Positions 1-15,247 of a stretch of 64,000 bases of DNA are shown here, piece by piece. The notes under the pieces were generated by a model. It searched no databases, was not told where the DNA came from, and saw nothing but the letters and a program-made list of their open reading frames with translations. The translations under genes were made by a program, and so were the position numbers. Source of the stretch: the human T2T-CHM13v2.0 reference genome, Homo sapiens; NCBI RefSeq assembly GCF_009914755.1, contig NC_060934.1. One strand, 5' to 3'. Numbering within the stretch: position 1 is the first letter of the stretch; each line of letters starts with the position of its first letter.

Positions 1-1573
<1,573 letters not shown>

Positions 1574-1589
1574 AATATATATATTTATT

Positions 1590-2110
1590 AGTTCTTTGAC
1601 TTTCTTTGAGAAATGGCGATTCATACCCTTTGCCCACTTTATTACTATATTAGTGGCTCTCTACCACTACTTACAATACGTATGAGTTCTGTATACACTA
1701 AGAATAGCAACACTTCATTCCAGTACTTCTTCAGAATATTTTGTGAATACTTTCCTTGGGTTTTCTTTATTTTTAATTTTTCTTTGAATGTTTCGTTGTT
1801 ACATTTTTTAATGTAATCAAAGTCATTATTTATTGACTTTGCAACTGTCTTCACTGTTTTTATGTATACCTAGAAAGTCTCTTTCCTGCAAGGTCCAAAT
1901 AAATATAGAAAATATTTTTCTCTTTTTGAAGAATAGTTTTATTTTTTAATACTTCTTTTAATTAATATAGTTAGAAATCATTTTACTGAATAATTAACTA
2001 TGTCAAGAAATTATTTCTGATATCAAAACATTTATAGATTATGTTGAGATAAAAAATGTCATAAATGACCGTATATAAGAGATTTCATCAACTAGTTTTT
2101 CTTGTAGTGA
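1590..2110 (-). mobile_element. Old L1M fragment, target of the L1PA insertion
   Basis: 'gaaatggcgattcataccctttgcccactttt' and 'tttttaatgtaatcaaagt' resemble antisense L1 ORF2 3' sequence. Confidence 0.5.
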
Positions 2111-3039
2111 AATTCTATGTTGTCTTAATAATCTTGTTCTTGGATAATATGTAAATCAGAAAAATGCTTATAAACTAGTATTAATTGTAAACAGCAACTA
2201 AAACAATTTTTATAATTTAATCTCTATAAATGTAACTGCATTTAAAGTTCTCACTGTATAAGCTGCTATAATATAAAAATAAATATAGGTAGATTCTAAA
2301 ATGTTAAAATTGGTTGTTTCTGGATTGTAAGGTTACTATTGATTTTTATTTTATACTCCAGTATTTTCCGATTTTCCTACAATAGGCATTTATGACTTTT
2401 AAGAATAAAAAGTAAAGGAATATTGTTTGAATTGAAAATACAGTATTGCTTTTTCCATTAACGCTTTAATAATAATAAACTTTTTCATAGGCAGTTCTTT
2501 TTTTCAAAGTGCTTTGTAGTTGTTTTCATTTCTTATTCCTTTCATGGATAAAAGGGAAAAAAAGTGGAAAATAGTTCCCTTGAGGCATGTTTCTAGGTCT
2601 GAGATTATTCAGACTCATTGGCTGCCACCTCTTTCTACATTAGTCTCCCGTTCGTGTTGTGCTTTTTGACTTCCTGTGAATACACCACACCTTTACACTG
2701 AATTCATGTCTTGGCATATGATGATCTCTTGCTTCCTTCCCCTTCCCCATCAGTTTCTGACTGCTGACAATATTCCATCTCAAGATGTTTTTCTTGGCCT
2801 TCCTGTCCACACCCCCTCTGCCTTCTCTCTTATGCTTCCTCGCACCTTGCAACATCAAGATCTGTCTCCCCTTCTGAGCCACGAACTTTCTGTTGGAAGC
2901 ACTGTGTCTTATTCATCCTTTGAATAACGTGATTCTTACTCATTTGTAAGACCCAATACAATGAGCATATAGCTTCTTTACTTGGCTGCATTACATGGAC
3001 ATTTCAGTAAACCCTAAAAACAAAAACCTGTATACTTTC

Positions 3040-3685
3040 AGCATTAAAATTATATATACAGCAACCTTATTTCCTCAAATGTTAAACATAGAGTTCACAT
3101 ATGATCTACAAATTTGACTCTTAGGTATATTCCCAATATAAAAACTATCTTTACAAAAACTTGCATATAAATTTTAGTTAGCAGCATTACTCATTATTAT
3201 TCATATTCATAATAGACAAACACTAGAAACAAATCATCCACTAACCAAGTAATGGATAAACGAATGTCATATACTCAAAAAATGGAATATTATTTGCTAA
3301 TAAAAAGAAATAACATACTGATACATGCAACAACATAGAAAAACTTCAAAAACATTCTGCTAGGTGAAAAAAAAGCCAGTTGAAAAAGAACACGTTATAT
3401 AGTATGTCCAGAATAGGGAAACCTATGGAGACAGAAAGGAGATTACTGGCTAGCGAGGGATAGGGGTGTGTGTGTGTGTATGTGTGTGTGTGTGTAGGGT
3501 GGGAGGGATAGGGGAGTGACTATTAATGGGTATGATTTTTTTTTGGAGTGATAAAAATGTTCTAAAATTATGGTAAAAGACTATGGTGTTGGTTTTACAC
3601 CTTTATAAATATATTAAATACAACTGAATTGAACACTTTAAATGGGTGAACTTCATGATAGGTAAATTATTTCTCAAAAAACTGT
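3040..3685 (+). mobile_element. L1MB-type 3' end
   Basis: 'ttaaacatagagttcacatatgat', 'aatggataaac', 'atacatgcaacaacatag', ending 'gaacactttaaatgggtgaacttcatgataggtaaatta'; internal (TG)n at ~3466-3495. Confidence 0.8.
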
Positions 3686-3711
3686 GTACATACACATATA
3701 GACATATATAC

Positions 3712-3737
3712 AGAGAGAGAGAGAGAGAGAGAGAGAG
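3712..3737. repeat. (GA)n microsatellite
   Basis: Direct read. Confidence 0.95.
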
Positions 3738-3761
3738 CTTGAAACACAAAAATCCTTACTC

Positions 3762-4042
3762 TTTTTTTTCTGAGATGGAGTCTCACTCTGTCACCCAGGC
3801 TGGAGTGCAGTGGTGTGATCTCGGCTGAGTGCAAGCTTGGCCTCCCAGGTTCATGCCATCCTCCTGCCTCAGCCTCCTGAGTAGCTGGGACTACAGGCGC
3901 CTGCTACCTTGCCCGGCTAATTTTTTTGTATTTTTAGTAGAGAAGGGGTTTCACCATGTTAGCCAGGAAGGTCTCGATCTCCTGACCTCGTGATCTGCCC
4001 ACCTCTGCCTTCCAAAGTGCTGGGATTACAGGCGTGAGCCAC
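3762..4042 (-). mobile_element. AluY-type, slightly 5'-truncated, with 18-bp TSD
   Basis: AluY diagnostics (gcaagct, ttagccagga..gtctcgatctcctgacctcgtgat); TSD acaaaaatccttactctt at 3746-3763 and 4041-4058. Confidence 0.95.
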
Positions 4043-6544
4043 AAAAATCCTTACTCTTCGTGGGACTGGCAGCCCATCCTCAAACTCTACCCCATAACCT
4101 TGCCACTATCCACCACTGAAGGAGGAATGTGAAGATATGGTCATGGATAGACTCAGGAAATATGAGATTTAGCAACATCTATTGTAACTACTCTTGGTAA
4201 TATTTTAATAATATGTTTACATTTTGAAGCATCAGGCTGGCCAATCAAATAGTCACAAGGTCAAAACAACCCCATTAATTCAACTATATCAAAGTGGCTG
4301 TATAGAAATGTGCTACTTTTCCACCACTTCCTAGCCCCCCAGGGATTAGTGGTCGAAGGTTTACTTCTCTGACCTTCCATAGATCCCTGTTTATGACCCT
4401 TTTATGTTGTGGTATTATTGGATTATGTGTATATTTCTCCTAAAAGGTTAGGCTAGCTAAACTATGAACCCACAGGCTGTATGGATTCATTATGGAACTC
4501 TGTCTTCTAAATACAACCTGGAAAATGATAATGTTTTATGTTTACTGAATAGAAGTTTAAAAAAAAAAGCCAAAAAATAAGAGATGGCATCACTGCTAAC
4601 TTTAAAAGTGTATGCTTTCTACCTCTATTCCCAGGAAGATGTTAAGCAATTTATTTGATGTCCTTCAAAAACTATCTTTATAATGAAACAAGAGAAACCA
4701 TGATTAACTATCAAATTCAACTTGCTGCACAGCATAACAAAACTACAGTGGAATAAAGAATACGGAGAATTTTGAGTCATGTGAGTAGCAGAAAACCAAA
4801 TATCCTTGGTGATTTAATTTTACCTGAATAAAACAGGGGCTAGGCAAGTTGACCTCAAAAATCTTTTTTCCTAGGTCTTGTACAATTGAAATTTAAGAGC
4901 AAGGTTGCTTCTGTACCCCTATACAGACTTGGCGCTGTGCCTCCACACTAGCTGCCAGAAAGATGACAAATGACAATCAAAGAAATCACCAGGAGACAAT
5001 GGCCTCTATAAGGCCCACATGCTTATTTGTTCTGAATTAAAATGCTCAAACTTCAGATTCACTCTCATCCTCTGTATTTATGGTTCCTTCTGCCTTGAAG
5101 CAAGCATAGTGAGTGCCATGATAAATTGTTGAATGTCTGTCTCATTTCCAGGCAGACCCTGTAAATTTCTGAGCTGTGCTTTGCAACCCTTCATTCTGAT
5201 TTGTAGCATTCAACCACACTGTCAATGACACACAAAGGGTCTGCAAAGCCCTTTTCCTTTGGCTGAACAGTGGTCATGAGGTCCTGGCCTTTCATTATCC
5301 CCAGAATGTCACAAAACTGTGCTTAATCAGAGCATCCAGCCCTTTTCAATGAGGATGATGTGCTTGTCTTCCCAGTCAAGACTTTTGTCTAAGATGTGGC
5401 AGGTGCTGGGAGGGGCACAACCTTGTCAGGATGTGTGATTTTGGAATAGACATAGTAGGGAGGGTAAAGTCCTAAACAGAAGGTTCTCCCTGTACTTAGG
5501 ATGAAACCCCAAAATATCAATCCTCTGGGACAAGTATTCTTTTCTTAAACACATATTTATAACATGCCCAGCACTCTTGTAGAAGCTGGGGAGATAGGAG
5601 AAAACAAAGCAGGGCAAGTCCTTGATCTCTTGGGGCTTAGATTATGTTCCTTTCACTGAATGAACAAAGGGGTGAATGAGTGAATGTACATGATCTTTGT
5701 CTTCACAAGAGGTTGCTAATCCCATTGCCATCTAAATCATATCTGGCCCTCTAAGCCAGGCTTACAGCACAACCTGGGCAACTAGTGAAAGTAACCTAAA
5801 GGATAAAACAGTTTTTCAAGGTTATTTTTCCATACCTTTTCATACATGAAATATTAATACCTGGCCCCTAAATTCTGGTTTTCTTTGCCAACTTCAAGAT
5901 TTTTCCCTGAACCTGTATGATTCTGTTCAATCTCTCAACCTCCAGCTTGGTGGGCCTTAACGTTCATACATAATTTTCAGTTTCATATCCTCCTTCCATA
6001 TTTGTGTTCTTTCAAAATTAAGTATACATCAATAGTCCAGCTCAAGGTAGCACAGAAATTCACCTACTCAGAGGACAGATTCAGATCGCTATGAAATAAC
6101 TGTCTCCACGGAATCTAGAAAACAAAACGGAGTGGGAAATTAAGACTTCATCTTTTCCCATTTGCCAGATAAAGGTGCAATTTGATGCTAGACATTTACT
6201 TACAAAGACTGGACAATAAAACTGAGACCCAATTAAAGCCTGGGGTGAAAGAAGGCAGAAAAGCTGAATTTGTATCTGAGGGGTCTCTGTCTCATCAGTG
6301 TTGACGGATAATAAAGGGAGCCTAACATCCAGGGCGGCTGGAAGACTGAGCTTTCCTCAATCCCCACAACAAAGCAGAGGCTAGAACTGTAACAGAGAAT
6401 CAAACCAGAAGGCAAATACTCCAAAGCACGTTCTGAATAAGAAACACAATCGTCGGCATAGGTACATTAAAATATGAAGGACTAGGCAGTGAAAAAAGAA
6501 TAGAGACGAAGAGAGGAAGGAAAGACTCAACACTTCATAGTCTC

Positions 6545-6740
6545 ACAGTAGGTGCTGAGCACTTTCACATAAAACAGTTCATTTAATATCCACAATTTTT
6601 GTGAAACAGATATTATTAAAACTCATTTTGAGAAAGGACAACAAATTGCTGAAAATCTGAGAAGTGAAGCAGCCTACATAAATCAGATAGATGATAACCA
6701 GAGAGCCAGGAATAGAACCCTCGTCTCTCTGATACCAGGA
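6545..6740 (-). mobile_element. MIR SINE
   Basis: 'ggtgctgagcactttcacat...catttaatatccacaa...attattaaaactcatttt...ctgagaagtgaagcagcct'. Confidence 0.65.
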
Positions 6741-6814
6741 GATTCATGGTTCACCTTCATCAGCTTTATCATCATAGCAGAACAATGTGGAAGTTTACAT
6801 AAAAAGTCTTCCAT

Positions 6815-7140
6815 TTTTTTAACTTCTATTTTAGGTTCAAGGATATATGTGAAGGTGTGTTACATAGGTAAACTCATGTCACAGGGGTTTGTTGTACAGA
6901 TTAGTTCATCCCCCAGAAATTAAGCCTAGTACCCAATAGTTATTTTTTCTGCTCCTCTCTCTCCTCCCACCCTCCAATAAACCTCAATGTCTATTATTTC
7001 CTTCTTCATGTTCACAAGTTCTCATCATTTACCTCCTGCTTATAAGTGAGAACATGTGGTATTTGGTTTTCTCTTCCTGCGTTAACTTGCTGAGGATAAT
7101 AGCCTCCAGCTCCATCCATATTCCCACAAAAGACATGATC
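6815..7140 (-). mobile_element. Short 5'-truncated L1PA (L1PA13-16-like) 3' end with TSD
   Basis: 'ttttaggttcaaggatatatgtgaaggtgtgttacataggtaaactc...tataagtgagaacatgtggtatttggtttt'; TSD-like aaaa-cttccatttt at ~6802-6817 and ~7143-7158. Confidence 0.88.
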
Positions 7141-7747
7141 TTAAAAACCTTCCATTTTACTTGACTGGACTTAATGTTCTCATTTTTTTTCCTGATTTGA
7201 TGGGACACTAAATGATTTGATCTATTACTAGAGAATAAGGAAAAGAGAGCATAAATTGCTATTTAATGTTCATAATTACATACCTATATCAGAATCAGCT
7301 TTTGAAAACATTGTAAAATAAATAGTATATTGTTTCCAGAGTTTATCTCCACTGTATTAAGAAGCATTGTAAGAACAGCACCGGGCTCCAGAGATTCGGG
7401 GTGACTTGGAAGATGACAGTGCAAGCGAAGTGTGTATTTTCAGCCTTTAACTGGCCTGATACCCTAAGCCTAAAGAGAATTCCTCATATTAAGATATCAT
7501 AAATATTGTTTCCTACATGTTATTTACTTTAATCTTCCTAACCTCTAATGGTTCTGGTATCACTGTTATTGCCCTTTTATAATAATACTGAGAAAGTTGA
7601 AGCTCAGGATAGTTAAAACGTTATCCAAATTCTCTTCTAACACTGAACTTGCTTGTGCTAGTTTATTGCCAAGTCAAATGAGACATGACTCACTGCTCAC
7701 TAGAGGTGTACTACGAGACTTCATTTGAACTATGAATATGAGTGGGA

Positions 7748-7757
<10 letters not shown>

Positions 7758-7787
<30 letters not shown>
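7758..7787. repeat. (TG)n microsatellite
   Basis: Direct read. Confidence 0.95.
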
Positions 7788-7790
<3 letters not shown>

Positions 7791-8222
7791 CCCAGCAGGT
7801 GACTTATTTATTAATACTACCAGCATATTCACACCCTGGATCCACCTACTCTTAGGCCAAACTCTGCTTCAGCACTGTGGTAGACTGTTACTCAAACCAA
7901 AGCTCCAATGGTCCTTTAGCTACATCTTGATAACAGACAAAGGATAAATGCACACATGAGTACCTGAGATCTTCAGTGCCACTGCTTTAGAACTGGTAAA
8001 ATATGTTCTTTGAGCCTATAATATTGATACATTTGTATTTTTCTTTTATTTTTCTTGGCCCTGACTTTTTTCTCCTTCTACTTTATGAGTTCATTCAGTT
8101 ATTTATTTAGTATATATATATGTACATGATTGGAAGAGCATAAGGAAACAAGGGTGTAAATTATATATAATTTTTGCATATATACATGTACATTTATGTA
8201 TATGTATATGTGTACGTGAATA

Positions 8223-8574
8223 CAGTTGGCCCTTGAACAACATGGAGTACTGTTGACTGGAAGCCTTACTAATAACATAAATAGTTGATTAATATATTTT
8301 ATATGTTATATGTATTATATACTGTGTTTCTACAATAAAGCAAGCTAGACAAAAGAAAATGTAACTATGAAAACCATAAGAAGAAAAAATATATTTACTA
8401 TTAATTAAGTGGGTCATAATAATGGTCTTCATCCTAGCCGTCTTCACTTTGAGTAGGCTGAGAGGAGGAAGAAGAATGGTTGGTCTTGCTATCTCAGCGA
8501 TGGTAGGGGCACAAGAAAATTGACATGTAAGTGGACCTGCACAGCTCAAACTTGTGTTGTTTAAGGGTCAGCTG
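8223..8574 (+). mobile_element. Tigger2a (MER28) non-autonomous Tc1/mariner-pogo DNA transposon
   Basis: TIRs cagttggcccttgaacaac / gttgtttaagggtcagctg, flanked by TA; internal 'gactggaagccttactaataacataaa'. Confidence 0.88.
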
Positions 8575-8579
8575 TATAT

Positions 8580-9960
8580 CACACTACTATATGCCAGACA
8601 CTATTCCAGGCACTTGGAGTACGGTAGTGAACAAAACAGACATAATTTTCTGCCCCTGTGGAGCTTACTTTTTTTGCAGAGGGCATTAGAAAATAAATAA
8701 TAAAAATGATAAATTATAGGATATGTTAGGAATTGAAAAGTGTTATGGAATATAGGGCAGCATGGGGCTGAAGAGATATGAGTGGGGGTGCAAGCTTCAC
8801 TTTTAATTAGGGTGGCTGGGTAGGCCTCTTTGACAGGATGAGATCTGAGCGAATACTCTAAGGAAGAGAGAGAAAACTATTTGGATTTGGAGGAGACTTC
8901 CAGGAAGAGTGAACAGTCAGTGCAAAGAACGTAAGGTACGAGCATGCTTGACATATTCGATAAGTAGCATGGAAGCACGTGTATGTGGCTGAAGAGAGTC
9001 AGAAGGAGAGAATAATGATAAGTTCAGTGAAGTCTGAGGGTTGCAAGTCTACAGCGTTATTGTAAAGACTTTGTCACATACTCTGAGTAAGACAGAAAGA
9101 TGTCAGGAGAATTTGAGCAGGGAATAACTTTATTTGACTGACTTTTTACAAAATTCACTCCAGTTGCTATGTTTAGAATAGATCTTGTGTTGGAAAGGTT
9201 GGAGGCATGAAACCAATTTACACACTAACTGCAGAAATTCAGGCCAACGATAATGTTGGCTTGGGTCAGAGTGATAGCAGAGGAGGTGCTAATAAGTTGT
9301 CAGATGCTGAATACATTCTGAATGTAAATCCAGTAAGATTCCTTGACACTTTGGATGTGGGGTGTAAATGAAAGATAGCAGTCAAGGAAGATTCTAGGTT
9401 TTCGCCTGAGAAACTTGAAAGAAAATGTTACCACGAATTGAGATGGAGAAGGCTGCAGGTGAAGCAGATGTGAAGGTGAGACCGGGAGCAGAATTCAAAG
9501 TTCTGCTTACGTATGTCACGTTTGAGATCTCTATCTTTTCTGAGTGGAAAGGTCACGTAGGCACTTGGATATACACATTTAGACTTCCATAGAAAGTCTA
9601 GATGAGGTAAAGGCTGAGGTATAGATTGGGATCTATCAGAATACAGATGTTATGTAAGCAATATGAGTTAAAGTCACCAAAAGAGAGTGTCGAATTAAAA
9701 AGAAGAAAGCCATTACAACATTTAGAATTTAGGTAAAGGAGGAAGAAATGTAGGCAAAGAAGAAAGAACAACGAAATAGTATGCTGTATCACAGAAGTCA
9801 AGCAAGAGTACTTTTTATAAATGGAGATCTTGAATTTTATTATAAATTACCTTAAAGTTGAGGAATTTGAGGAAGCCATTGCATTTTGGCAACACGGGGT
9901 TCATTGATAACATTAAAACAGCAGATTTAGTGGAGGTATATGAATATGAACCAGAGAGGA
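8580..9960 (-). mobile_element. L2 (L2a-like) LINE
   Basis: 'tactatatgccagacactattccaggcacttggag...gtgaacaaaacagac' L2 3' end followed by purine-rich antisense body. Confidence 0.8.
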
Positions 9961-10039
9961 GAGAAAGAAAGAAAGTATGATGAGGAAGCAGCACCTTGAA
10001 TGGGCAATTCTTTGCGTGTAAGATAGGCTAAAGGTAAAG

Positions 10040-10285
10040 ATTGTAAACTGTGAAGTCAGAGTATTTTCCTAAACTTAAATCATGGCTCTACTTATGTATT
10101 AGCCTTTGAATGTTGCAGCATTATTTCACTTTGCTAAGCCTCAGTTTTCTCTTCTGGAAAATACAGTTATGAATAGCACCTATTTCACAGGTGTTTTGTG
10201 AAAACTAAATGAAGTAATATATGGGAATCCCTTAGCAAAGTACCTTGTATCTAGTAGGATTTGAATAAATGTTAGCTATTATTAT
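10040..10285 (+). mobile_element. MIR SINE
   Basis: Core 'ctaagcctcagttttctcttctggaaaat' and 3' 'aataaatgttagctattatt'. Confidence 0.75.
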
Positions 10286-11139
10286 TTCTATTAATAAGGT
10301 TTTGAGACATTTTTCTATGAAGAGCAGAACAGAAGCAGGAGTTTTACAACCTTATGCATAGCTTTAAACATAATTCTAATTATCTTGTCATATATGTCAT
10401 ATGCCATATGTATATACACACACACGAGTGTACAAAGATAATGCCTCAAATATGTTACTTGAAGTTGGAATAAAAATAGTCATGGTGCACATATTTAGTA
10501 AACTTTTGCAATTGGTTTCCATTATAAGATTTAAATATAACATAATTTTGATGTCCCTGAAAGCCTCATTAAGCAGGATTCAACTGTGTAAGCATTTAGA
10601 TCAAAGAGTATAGTTCTTTTGAGAGAACTTTTAGAAGTATAGAGCTTTAGAACTCTATAAGCTACTCAACTATCAGATGATTCAAGTTGTCATTGAACCA
10701 TTACTTTTTAAAGTAAGTATATGCTGTGGTTGCCTGGAAACCACAATCTATCTTTGAGTTCATGAAGTTTCTGATCCAGAATTCTATATATGGGTCAAAT
10801 ATCATGTATTTCAACAGGATGAGAAAATCTAAAATTTCGGTAAGTGCAATCAAAGACAATGCCACAGAACTGACCCCCAGAGCTGCCAAGCAATTCAGAA
10901 GACTGGATCATGATTCAGGAGCTAAACCACCTCATTGCCAATAAGAAAACAAAACCAAAAACGAAAAAAGTGACAAAAATGTAAGCATTTCCAAAGCTGA
11001 TCTTTAAAATAAAGTTTAAAACATCTATGTTTACTTATATCAAAGCCAGAGTTCACAACATTCTATTCCCCTGTTTCAGCCCCAAACATCTTACAGGCTC
11101 TTTTGGTGCCATGTTTTACTGGAGTCATTTATTCAGCGA

Positions 11140-12000
11140 CTACCAAAGATACTTAGGAGGTAAAGTTGTTCAGATTTTGCATATTGGAGGTGAGAGAAAG
11201 GAGGATCGACTGATGGAATTCACTAAGAAAGGAGATGCAGGAGATTGACCAAAGTTGGGACATGAGATCTTGAGTTCAGTTTTGAACATGTTGATTTTGA
11301 GATTCTTGTTAAATCTCTAAGTGAAGATGTCATGAAAATATTTGGGTATATGAGTTAGTGGTTCAGAGCAAAAAAATCTTAGTCTAGTGATAAAAACTTG
11401 GAAATAACACCATATAAGTTACCAATTGAAACCTTTAATCTTGGGGAAAGGAAGTAGACTGACAAGAAAATAGACCCTAAAACTAACCCTGAATAACTCT
11501 AATCTTCAAAACTCCTATCTGCTGGTTTAAGTTTCTGGGGAGGATCCACAGTAATTTAAGAAAGACTAAAAAGTAGTTATTCGAGTTAAGGGAAACAAAT
11601 TTAAATAAATGGATCATATTCAATTTATGAAATTCTATGAGTGGTTAAGTAAGATGAGAACTAAAATATATCTACTAGCATCAAGGCACAGAGGTCACTG
11701 ATGTCCTTAGTAAGTAAAAAATTGGTGAAGTGCAGGCATATATTTGTTTCAATAAAATACAAGCTATTTAAGTGTGAGAGGAAACAGAAAACGCATTCCT
11801 CTGTATTTTAAGACATCTGTGAATAGAAGGAGAGAGATAGAACTGCAGCTAAAGTAAGGAGTGGAGTCTAGAGATATTTGCTTTGATTTGGTTTTATGTT
11901 GCAATCTGACATGATGTGGCAAAATGAAAATAAAAGAAACAGAAGGGATAATATAGGTATGTTTCCTGAGAAGAAAGAGAGTAAGACTCAGAACAAAGGT
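11140..12000 (-). mobile_element. L2 fragments
   Basis: 'ttgagttcagttttgaacatgttgattttgagat...aagtgaagatgtca'. Confidence 0.6.
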
Positions 12001-12041
12001 GCATAATGAACTAGCCACAGGCAGAAGGATGGATATTTCCT

Positions 12042-12072
12042 GAGAGAGAGAGAGGCTGAGAGAGACACACAT

Positions 12073-12124
<52 letters not shown>
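12042..12124. repeat. (GA)n polypurine microsatellite
   Basis: Direct read; pure run ~12078-12124. Confidence 0.95.
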
Positions 12125-12128
<4 letters not shown>

Positions 12129-12839
12129 TGGTGCAGATGACCAGTAGAGGTTGGTTTACAGATTGATGGCTTACATTAATGAGGGTCCCATTTAAAGATC
12201 TCCCACCTCAAGCCTCCATCTGAGAATTAAGGTGAACACAGGAGAATCAAGATTTTGAGAAATATGAAGACTTCAAATAATCTTAGGAGAGATCATTGAG
12301 TAGAGAAAAATGGTCATTAATGTAGTGGTACCAACTGATTTTCTTCAATTGCATAGAAAAAGGAAGATAGCTAGAAAATTGTGTTTTATTTAGAGCAGAT
12401 GAGTTCACAAGAATCAGAAGGAAAGACCAGAGTATAAGCCTTGAGAACATTGGAACAAGAAAGTATTTATGGGGAAAAACAGATTTAAATAATGTATCAC
12501 AGACAGGAGAATAATATTCATAACTTATTCATTACTGTATCTCCAGCAAGGTGGGTGTGATCATTTTGTAAAAATTCATCTTGTAATATGATGATAAAAT
12601 GTGCCTTTTTTCTATGTACATGCTATATTTCAATAAAACAGTTTTACAAATAAAAACAATACAAAAGTATCAGTGAATTATAAGTCCCCAGTTGTATTCA
12701 GTATACTCTAGCCAGAATGTACTTTTTTAAACATCTGCTGCTATACAAGGGAAGAGTGTACTGAACCTGCAGTTTAATTGTTTGATTTTTCAAGACATGG
12801 ACATAGCACACCGAGTCATTTAAAATGTATTGGGATAAC

Positions 12840-14410
12840 GCTGTTATGATCCTTTTTTATATCTGAAGGATCAATATTAATATACCTCTTTTTTCCTGAT
12901 ACTGATCGTTTTCTTTTTCTTGTTATTTCTTGATTACTTTTGGCAGGGGTTTGTCATTTTAATGGCTTTTTTCACTTAAAAAAAAGAACTATTGATTTTG
13001 TTCATTCTCTCTACCACAAGTTGTTTTCTACATCATTAATTTCTGTTCTTATCTCCTTTACTTTCTTCCTTCTATATCATTTGAATTTAATTTGCTGCTC
13101 TTTAACTTCTTGATATCAATACACAAAACAGTGTTTCTAAGTCTCTCTTTTCCAATATACATTTAGGGTTAAGGTTTTCTTCTTTTTATTGTGGTAAAAT
13201 TAACATAAGTAAAAGCTACATATATTAAATGGACATTATGATGGAGTATTGGCAGATATATTTACCCATAGAGCCACCATAAAAATCAAAATATAGAAAA
13301 TTTTTTCTATCATTCCAGAAAGTTTCCCCCATGATCTTTTCTTGTATTTCTTTACATGAATAGAACCATAAAGGTATTATTTGTATCTGTCTTATTTCTT
13401 TTAACATATTACAATTTAGTATCTTTAAAATGTTTTCTCCTTAGTATTGAGATAAATTTTGCAACCAGTGAAATGCACAGATCTTAAATGTATAATTTCA
13501 ATAAATTTTGTCAAATGTGTAACCAGTCTTCTCAATCGAGACATAGAATAATCTGTCACCCCAGGAAGATCCCTAATGTAACATTAGGCAACTACTTCTC
13601 TCAATTACATTATGCAGATTACTTTTGCCTCTTCTTTAGCTTCATATAAATGGAATTGTACAGTATGTATTTTTTAGTGTATAGCCTCTTTCACTTGGCA
13701 TAATATTTTGTAGATTCATCAATGTTATAGCATGTATCAAGGGTGTAATCTTTCATAGTGCTAAGAAGTATTCCAAGTACCAATATATCATAATTTCTTT
13801 GTGCAAAAATTGTTTATGCAAAATGTTTATGCAAAATTATGTTTATTATTTAGCTACCATTAATGGACATTAGGATTTTCTCTTTAGTAGTTGATCATTA
13901 TGAATAAAGTTACTTTAAACTTTTTTATGTAAGTCTGTTTGTGGATATAGGTCTTCATTTCTCTTGAATAAATTTCTAGAATTACTAGGTAAACAGATAG
14001 ATGTAGATTTACTCTTATAAAAAACACATAGTTTTTTAAAGTGATTGGATCACTTTACTGACCTAAATCAGTGACATGTGTGGGTGTTCAATTTATTCCA
14101 CATATTATTCAACACTGGGGATTGTCAGCTTATTAAATTTTAGAAATTATAGTGGTAGGAAGTATTATCTTACAGTGGTTTTAATTTGGATTTTTCCGTA
14201 ACTAACAGTATTGATCCCTTTTAATGTGATTTGGGGCATTTATTCATATTTTATGAAAGCTTATGTTCACGTCCACTGCAATTTTTTGCATGTTTTCAAA
14301 TTATTGATTCGTAGACATTCTTTATATATTTTGGATAAAAAGTCATTCTCCAAATGCTTTCTATGCCTCCATTAATAAGATAATGTTGTTTTTCTTCATT
14401 ATGTTAATAT
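12840..14410 (-). mobile_element. Patchwork of old L1M/L1MC/L1ME fragments
   Basis: 'gtgaaatgcacagatcttaaatgtataatttca', 'ttcatataaatggaattgtacagtatgta', 'atggacattagg'. Confidence 0.7.
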
Positions 14411-15209
14411 GGGTATAAAGGATAAAGTGAGTTTACAGCTGGATTAGGATAATATAATTACATGCATAGATGCTTGGAAGTTTGGCACTGACTCTTGACT
14501 AAGATATAGACAGTGTGAAAAACAATGTTTATCGTGTGATGTTTAATATTTGAAACTCCCCTGGCAGCATACATGAATGATTTATACTTGGCATAATCAT
14601 ATAGATAGTCTTCTTTGGCCATATAGCCAGAGGGGCACCAAAACTGCTGGAAAATTTAGGGAACTCTCCTGAAGCAAAGTGTTACTGCTCAATTTTTAGT
14701 GGTTGAATCCAGAGGTGAAGGACAACCCTGTGCAAATAAGAAAGACCCTAGGGAGCTGTGCCTGGAAATCTCTTGCTTGTCTGCCCAGTCTTTCTCTTGT
14801 TCTTCCCTTCTGCCCACTTTTTCTCCTCTTTATTCGGCTGTACCCTAATTTTTGCTTTATATAGATATGTTCTATGGATTTGTAGGTCTTTTCAATTATC
14901 CATTACTGTTGTAATCTTTGCAAAGAGGAAATACATTTATTGATGGGCAACCACTAAATTGAACTTCCTGGGATTAGCATACCTAATAGACTGTGCCTTC
15001 TTTTTGTTTTCAGAATTTGGCTATTTCATCTAAATTTTTAGGATCTTAACATAAAATTGTTTGTGGGAGTCACTTATTGTACTTGTAATATCTGTAGGAT
15101 CTCTAATGGTAGCCCCTTTTTTCATTTCTGATATTGATAATTCTGTCTTTGTCTCTTTCTCTTCCTCTCTCTTCTATCTCTCTCTCTCTATTGCTCTCTG
15201 TGTATGTCT

Positions 15210-15211
<2 letters not shown>

Positions 15212-15244
<33 letters not shown>
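15212..15244. repeat. (TG)n microsatellite preceded by a CT-rich tract
   Basis: Direct read. Confidence 0.95.

Positions 15245-15247
<3 letters not shown>

Noticed and set aside
10819-10845. Possible 22-nt plus-strand microexon (aacag|...cg|gtaagt)
   Set aside because: Poor polypyrimidine tract and non-triplet length; no supporting neighbours
13572-13588. 8-bp palindrome cctaatgt-a-acattagg
   Set aside because: Short enough to be expected by chance in AT-rich 64 kb
14622-14640. CTCF-like 'agccagaggggcacc'
   Set aside because: Core spacing is off by one base and the 5' CC positions do not match
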